A stretch of DNA of 64,000 bases from Chrysomallon squamiferum (taxonomy: Eukaryota > Animalia > Mollusca), in NCBI GenBank assembly GCA_012295275.1, contig CM022670.1, positions 24,366,001 through 24,430,000 on the forward strand, read 5' to 3'. Each line of letters starts with the position of its first letter. The stretch's first letter is position 1. The position numbers and the translations under genes were made by a program. Positions 47,865 to 64,000 of the stretch are shown here, one piece after another. The notes beneath the pieces were generated by a model. The model did no database searches and was not told where the DNA came from. It worked only from the letters and a program-made list of their open reading frames with translations.

Positions 47865-49291
47865 TTATTCTGTGAACTATTTAAGTAAAACGTCGTGAAA
47901 TATTAAAATCATAAACTAAATTGTCCATTCCAGTCAGTACGCCATAGTTTATCATAGCTCATGGCATGTCTTTTCTTCCCTGTGTATAAAATCCCTTCTA
48001 AGATCCTAGCCCATTGGATAGTTTCCACCGTAGAATAGTTATTATTTAAAGAATCACACATAAAACTTTCGTTAATTGAAATATCGTTAAATAAATTTTC
48101 TTCAAAGAATTGTTATTTATATTACTACTAATAATTTAACAATATTTTACATTTTCATTACTGACACTTCTTCTTCTACTACAACTACTACTAATAATAA
48201 ATTGTAAGCTATTCCCTGAGAACAGATCATAATGACATCCATTCTAAAGTTAAAACTATCAGAAAATTACCTTTCGCTTTTTTACCAAATTTATTCTTCA
48301 GTTTAGTAAAAACTTAATGAAAATATTATTTATCATGCTAACTTGTATTATATTTGAGACATCAAATTAAAACAGAATTATACGTACCCCTTGATAAATA
48401 AAAAAAATGCATTTCCAGCAGCTCTCAGGCTATAAAACAGTGTGTTATATAATAAACAGACTAAAACTACAGACTTTTCTTATACGTGTCAAAACGTCAA
48501 CCGTGAATGTAACTTAACAAGAAATTATCAAGATTATTGGCAGTTTGATAAATTTTGTAAAAAGGTCATCGCATATAAGTTCATAAGTGAATCGTAGAAA
48601 ACCCTGCCTACTTTGTTTTCAGCAGATATATTATTATTATTATTTTTTAATACTGAAAAAAGATAATTTCATCTTCAGATGTATATCCACCAGAATGTCA
48701 CTCCTGTTTTCACAAATGTCGGATCCGACAATCAAACTATAAAGTTGAAAGCTTTGTATTCTCTGTTATTAGTTTTTGTAATTTTGCTTTTGAGCTAATT
48801 CTAGAAAATACATCTAGGGAGCATGACCTGAAGAATAACAACGTCAGGCTGAAATTAATTTTCAGTGTAGACAGGCTTATCATCTACGTAACCATCTCAG
48901 TGGATATGTCTTTGTTACATGTTTAACTGCTGTTATTTGTTTGTGCCGTAATCATTTAAAACGCTTCTGCTATGTTTATTATATGTTTTTCATGTTTTTA
49001 ATGTTTATACTTAATAAAGTACATTTTGCCCTATAACAGTATCGAATTATAAACTGTTTGTTTCTGTTAATTGTCTTTGGCAGGTTTTAACCAATGTTTA
49101 TTTATCGAAACTGGTTTGTTGTTGAATGATGCAGTAACTGAGTGTTTCATTATATTTATTGTTTATTCTAAATTTTCCCTTATGTCAGTGCTTTTGTTTA
49201 ACAATTTTTACTTTTATAATAACTTATGAAAGAGCTGATGACAGTCATGGTGATGACGATGATGATGATATTACTCTTATTAATATTTTTA

Positions 49292-49350
<59 letters not shown>

Positions 49351-49963
49351 TTGTAGGAAGTAAAATACACATAGAAAAAGTGCCAGTCTCCATACATTTC
49401 AAATGAGTTGTTATTAAAACCTTTTTGTCATATTTAATTATTAACAAAGTCTGATCTCCAACTACAATTTGGGAATATACAAATGGTTTTTAAGTATTTT
49501 TTATAGTACCAAACATCATTCAATATGTAAATGTCACTTTCACGACGTACGAAAAGAACAAAAAGCAACAACAAACACTTTACGTTGCTGTTCGATAGCT
49601 AAGTATTTAAATTAATCTTTAAAATGTGATAATCAGAACAGCTGTTACCTGGGGTTGACATAACCTTGTTTTACACAGCTCGTCTAAATATTAAATATCT
49701 GCAATGCATTGTTATTTTACATCTATGAATTACAGCCGAACAAATTTGGTGGAAAGCATTAGCGAAGAGACAGAATGACAATAATTGCAAAAAATTTAAT
49801 TGAAAACGATAAATATTTGCATATTGTTTAGTAAATCCTCTAAAGCATAATCCGCCACTATATGTGTATGGTCGTATACATATACACACCAATCCCTCAA
49901 AAGATGAAAGAATATTTCAGGTATTACATGTAATGACTGGTTTCATAAACTGACTGTAACACA

Positions 49964-50498
49964 GGGCTCATGCCCATTAATCATACGTGCCAATAGTCAT
50001 GTACCCAATAGTTAGACAATCAGAGCTGTGGGTTAATGTGCACACCTCTTGTTATAGCTGATCACAGTAACATCTCATCAGTGACGTGCAGAGAAGGTGG
50101 CAAGGGGCGAAAGGGAGGTGGCCCCGGGCATCCAAATAGTGGGTCATCCAATCAGAAAAAAGAACTTAATAAATCTGGTTGATTTATATTTAAATCGAAT
50201 AAAATGTTTATTCTATGTTTCATCTGTGTTTACCTATTCAAAATATCTTCCTTTCCCATAATATTTCTCAGTACTAGGAATCATACTTTGAGTCTGTGGG
50301 GCATACAGTCAAGGAGCTGGCCCCGGGCGTCACAAGACCTCTGCCCGCCACTGCATCTCAAATTTTTACAATTTTCTAACGGGAAATGTAAACAGTTATT
50401 ACTGTTGGTAACCAGGCACTGAGAGTGTGTGTACCCAACCTTGAACTTTGTTATTTTAAACTGTATGACTATTGGCATGTTTGAGTTTGGGAGGTCAT
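49964..50498. mobile_element. Decayed MULE-derived MITE of the same family as 52120-52971, interrupted by a hAT MITE
   Basis: Left end gcccattaatcatacgtgccaatagtcat and right end gtgtgtacccaaccttgaac...gtatgactattggc...tgggaggtc align with the termini of the 52120-52971 element. Confidence 0.6.
50079..50353. mobile_element. hAT-type MITE, 275 bp
   Basis: 15-bp imperfect TIR CAGTGACGTGCAGAG/CTCTGCCCGCCACTG; 8-bp target-site duplication CATCTCAT/CATCTCAA; subterminal GGCCCCGGGC motifs. Confidence 0.8.
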
Positions 50499-52119
50499 TT
50501 ATCGCATACACATACGCACATATATACACGCACACATACACTTTTATCCTGAAGTATCTGTACGTAATAGTAAATAATTGTATTTTCGTGCCATATAAAT
50601 AAATAAATAAATAAAAATAAAAATACCGTTAATTTCATTAAATTTTTTTTATTTTTTATTAGTTAGGATTGCAGGATAAAACAAATAACTTGTTACTTTT
50701 TTAAGATATCTTGCTGAATTCAAATGTCGAATGCAGCTTGGCATTGTATATACTCTTTTTATTCCATTCAAACCTTCGCCGGATATAGCTATGTGTGTGT
50801 GCGTGTGCGTGCGTGCGTCTTTGTACGTGTTGCACTCTACTTTTCTCTCTAACTTTCTAACAGTCTCTTGGGAAGATAAATCCTGTTTTGGGGATTAAGT
50901 GTCCAATGAAGACGTGATTAAACTTTCACTTCTAGTAAGTATATTTTATATTTTTTCTCTTTGTATTAGTTATTATTTATGTATATGTTAATGTTTGTCG
51001 TTCATTATTATTCAATAACTGTACCTAAATAAATAAAACAAAGACAGATACTTTTTAATTTACTTTATTATACTTTTCAGATTTTTATTAAAAAAAAACG
51101 TAACACCGTAAGATTTTCAGTATTTAAATATATTTAACATTATATATCTGTCCGAAATTCTATTTGATAAATTAGTGTTTTTGCTTAATCTGAAATTGTT
51201 ATCATGCTCTGTGAAAGGTGAATACTACTAAATTTCTGAACATTTTCTTTACAAATTATATATGATTTCACAATAACAATGTAAAATCAACAATTGTTTG
51301 CTTTAAATGTAAATGTAGAACCATTTTGGAATTTATATTTTTGTCGTATGCTTATGAAACAAATGCATTATTGATTGAAGTAATAATAAAAATATAATTA
51401 AGGAAAAATGAACAACCATACACACGTCAGTACATACACTATATACAGGAAGAGGAAACAAACAAACAAACAAAAATCTTTGTAAATGTCAGAAACTGAC
51501 GCACTGAGTATACAAAACAGAAATCTGTTTCGAGAAACACATTTCTGTAATACAGATATACATCTAGTTCTAAATTAACATTCATGTTTACCTATCTAGT
51601 TCACATGTTATAGCAGATAATACAACATTTACAAAATATTAAAATGATATTTAGAAGGACAAGGATTTAAGATAAAATAAAAATATCAGAGAAGGATTGT
51701 CTGCGTTCTGGGCTAATAATATCAATTATGAGTTAAATATTGAAAATGTTAAACATTTGGAAGTTTACACAGTTTTGTCCAAATGCTACGTTCATACACA
51801 ACAACTGTGATTCAGTACGAGTTGAAAGTAACTGAACAATCTCTAAGCTCACTTTCAGATGTTCTGTCATTATTTTCAAATACATAATTTTATTCTTGGC
51901 AAGAAGTGAAACGAAAGAACAATGGGTCAGAGAAATTATGTAGAATTACATAATTTTGACTATTATAATTTAAATGAAGAGTATATATGTATATTGATGC
52001 ACAAGGGAAGGGATATATGTCCATTGGATCCTATAACCATGCTATGGTCAGTTTGTCTTTTTGTTTCCATGAGCACCTCTGTCACTTTATCACATATAAA
52101 CTTTCATAATCAACCACAG

Positions 52120-52971
52120 GGTAACCTCCCATTAGTCATTCGCCCAATAGTCATATGGTCAATAGTCATACAGTTTGGAAAGCAGTCAAGCAGTAAGTAA
52201 GCTGGGCACACCTGTGTGGGGAATGGCTGTGTCTCACTTCTAACTGTTGTAATCAGAACTCCGGTGGGCAGCATGTGTTCATGGTTACTCCAATTATATG
52301 GAGATGTTGATCTTAAATATGAAAAAGATTTTGAAGGAGACATGTTTTGATATAATAATGAGACGTATCAATTTTTTTTTAACAGAATTCAGTTTATAGA
52401 AAGTTTACTCAATTAGTAGCTTTTCAGACATTTGGATATATATACTCATGGCATACTTGCAGCATGGCTGGACTTTGGAAAGTGGAGTATTTATTGTCGC
52501 AGAGGGATACGCCCCAAATCCTCTTAGATAGTCACCTCTACAACAAGAATGCTGTTCGAGAGACTTGTACTCATTGGAAATGTGTCATCAAGACTTGCAA
52601 TGGAAGATGCACTACCGTTCGTGATCACGTCAGGAACACCACTGACCACACCCACCCACCACAAGATTCAGAGCGTCTGAAGTTCCTCAGTACTGAGAAT
52701 GCTGATGGCCACCGTTTCTTCAAGACTGTTGATGGTGATGCAGATAAGATACTGATCTTCTCCACTGATCAACAGCTTCGTGCTTCGGCAAATAAAATGT
52801 ATAAATAATTATAAGCCTTTCTTTCATTAATTTATTGCCGGTAGTTATACAATACACAACAATGTGGGATCATACCATTTTTATCCGGGTAACGGGCAAA
52901 GGATTAAGTGTGCACCAAACCTTGACCTGTGTTGTTATAACAAATAAGCGTATGACTAATGGGAGGTAATC
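52120..52971 (+). mobile_element. Internally deleted Mutator-like element (MULE) with a FLYWCH transposase fragment
   Basis: TIR of about 24 bp, GGTAACCTCCCATTAGTCATTCGC/GCGTATGACTAATGGGAGGTAATC; 8-9 bp TSD (c)aaccacag/(c)acccacag. ORF 52464-52808 has a FLYWCH zinc finger (HLY...HWKC..TCNGRC...DHTH) fused to the pre-DDE motif KILIFSTDQQL; no catalytic domain. Confidence 0.85.
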
Positions 52972-53033
52972 ACCCACAGCGCACATACCGGTATACGAAA
53001 TCATCATCGTCTAAATACTAAATTTAACTTCAG

Positions 53034-63115
<10,082 letters not shown>

Positions 63116-64000
63116 CTGTAGTAAATACATGTTCATACGTAGTTCAGTCTGTACAAAGTGTGGCTAAATGTTTATGTGAAATGATTGTTTTTTGATTATG
63201 TAGCAAGATAGGAGGAGTTTGTATGCGTCACTAATGGAAGATACGAAATCAAGTGATCTTTAGCCAGATAATGTTTTCTTAATACGATGACGACTTGTTG
63301 AATGTTTTCTTTTTCTAATGGTTATGTGTGTAAACATTTTCAGTAATTGGTTAATTTTAGATAATAAATTTTAAATTGAAAATATTATATTAATCCAGAG
63401 ATGTAATTTCTCGAACCTGAAATTCAGGTGGTTCGAAGGAAAAATAAATATTATTATTATTATTTTACAAGACAGGCTTGCATAATTATAGTATATTTGC
63501 TGATTTTAGATTTAAAGAAAGCTATTTTATGTGTCTAACGCTTAATTGCAGATCGCTTTTTATTCCTAAGATCTTTTGTACAATATGTACCGTATGTAAT
63601 GCTTAATTTTTGGTTTAAAGCACAAAAGCTGAACTGTATTTTTCATAATGGACTCTTTTCTTTTAACAGCAGCAGCGGTAGACTTAGATAAAATAAACCA
63701 CCTATTTTTCTGTTTCTCTGCTGTTATATAACATGCGAATAAATCTTTTCTAATTAAGGATTATTTGCATAATCTCCCTTCAATGTAGGGGGACAGTTAT
63801 TGTTTTTGATTAATTATCATTTTGATCACCGTTATGTAATTGATGATATATTTTATAATTTTATTAACAGTAATACGAAGTAACTGAAATTGTAAGAATG
63901 TTGTTTTTTGTTACGGGTTGTAAATCAGTAAATTCATAAATAATCAGTATATCCTTTCTTTCTGTTCGTCTCTCCTATGCTTTGTGTTTGAACTTTGAAT

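Overview
AT-rich animal genomic DNA with spliceosomal introns and many microsatellites. It is probably a lophotrochozoan/mollusc, but that is an inference. I assembled five multi-exon genes by hand with phase-consistent splice sites: the 3' part of O-GlcNAc transferase (OGT, +, 1..6532), a complete HSP110/HSPA4-family chaperone (-, 10522..26421), PLK4 (+, 31202..43174; two single-base frameshifts as assembled), a compact secreted EGF-VWD-C8 protein (-, 44605..47864) and the 3' part of an adhesion GPCR (-, 53034..63115, continuing past the window). The most notable hidden system is in HSP110 intron 10: a tandem array of long box C/D snoRNAs of the SNORD17 type (four intact, two decayed). Their guide is complementary to the conserved 28S segment GAAUGGAUUAA, and three copies were duplicated together with the upstream exon end and its 5' splice site. 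Also seen: a duplicated alternative terminal exon of HSP110, a GC-AG intron in OGT, a candidate poison micro-exon in PLK4, HSE and CDE/CHR-like promoter motifs, several DNA-transposon derivatives (Tc1, pogo/Tigger, hAT, MULE; one nested) and a near-perfect 60-bp palindrome. All assignments come from reading and translating the sequence and from recalled family motifs; no database searches were run.
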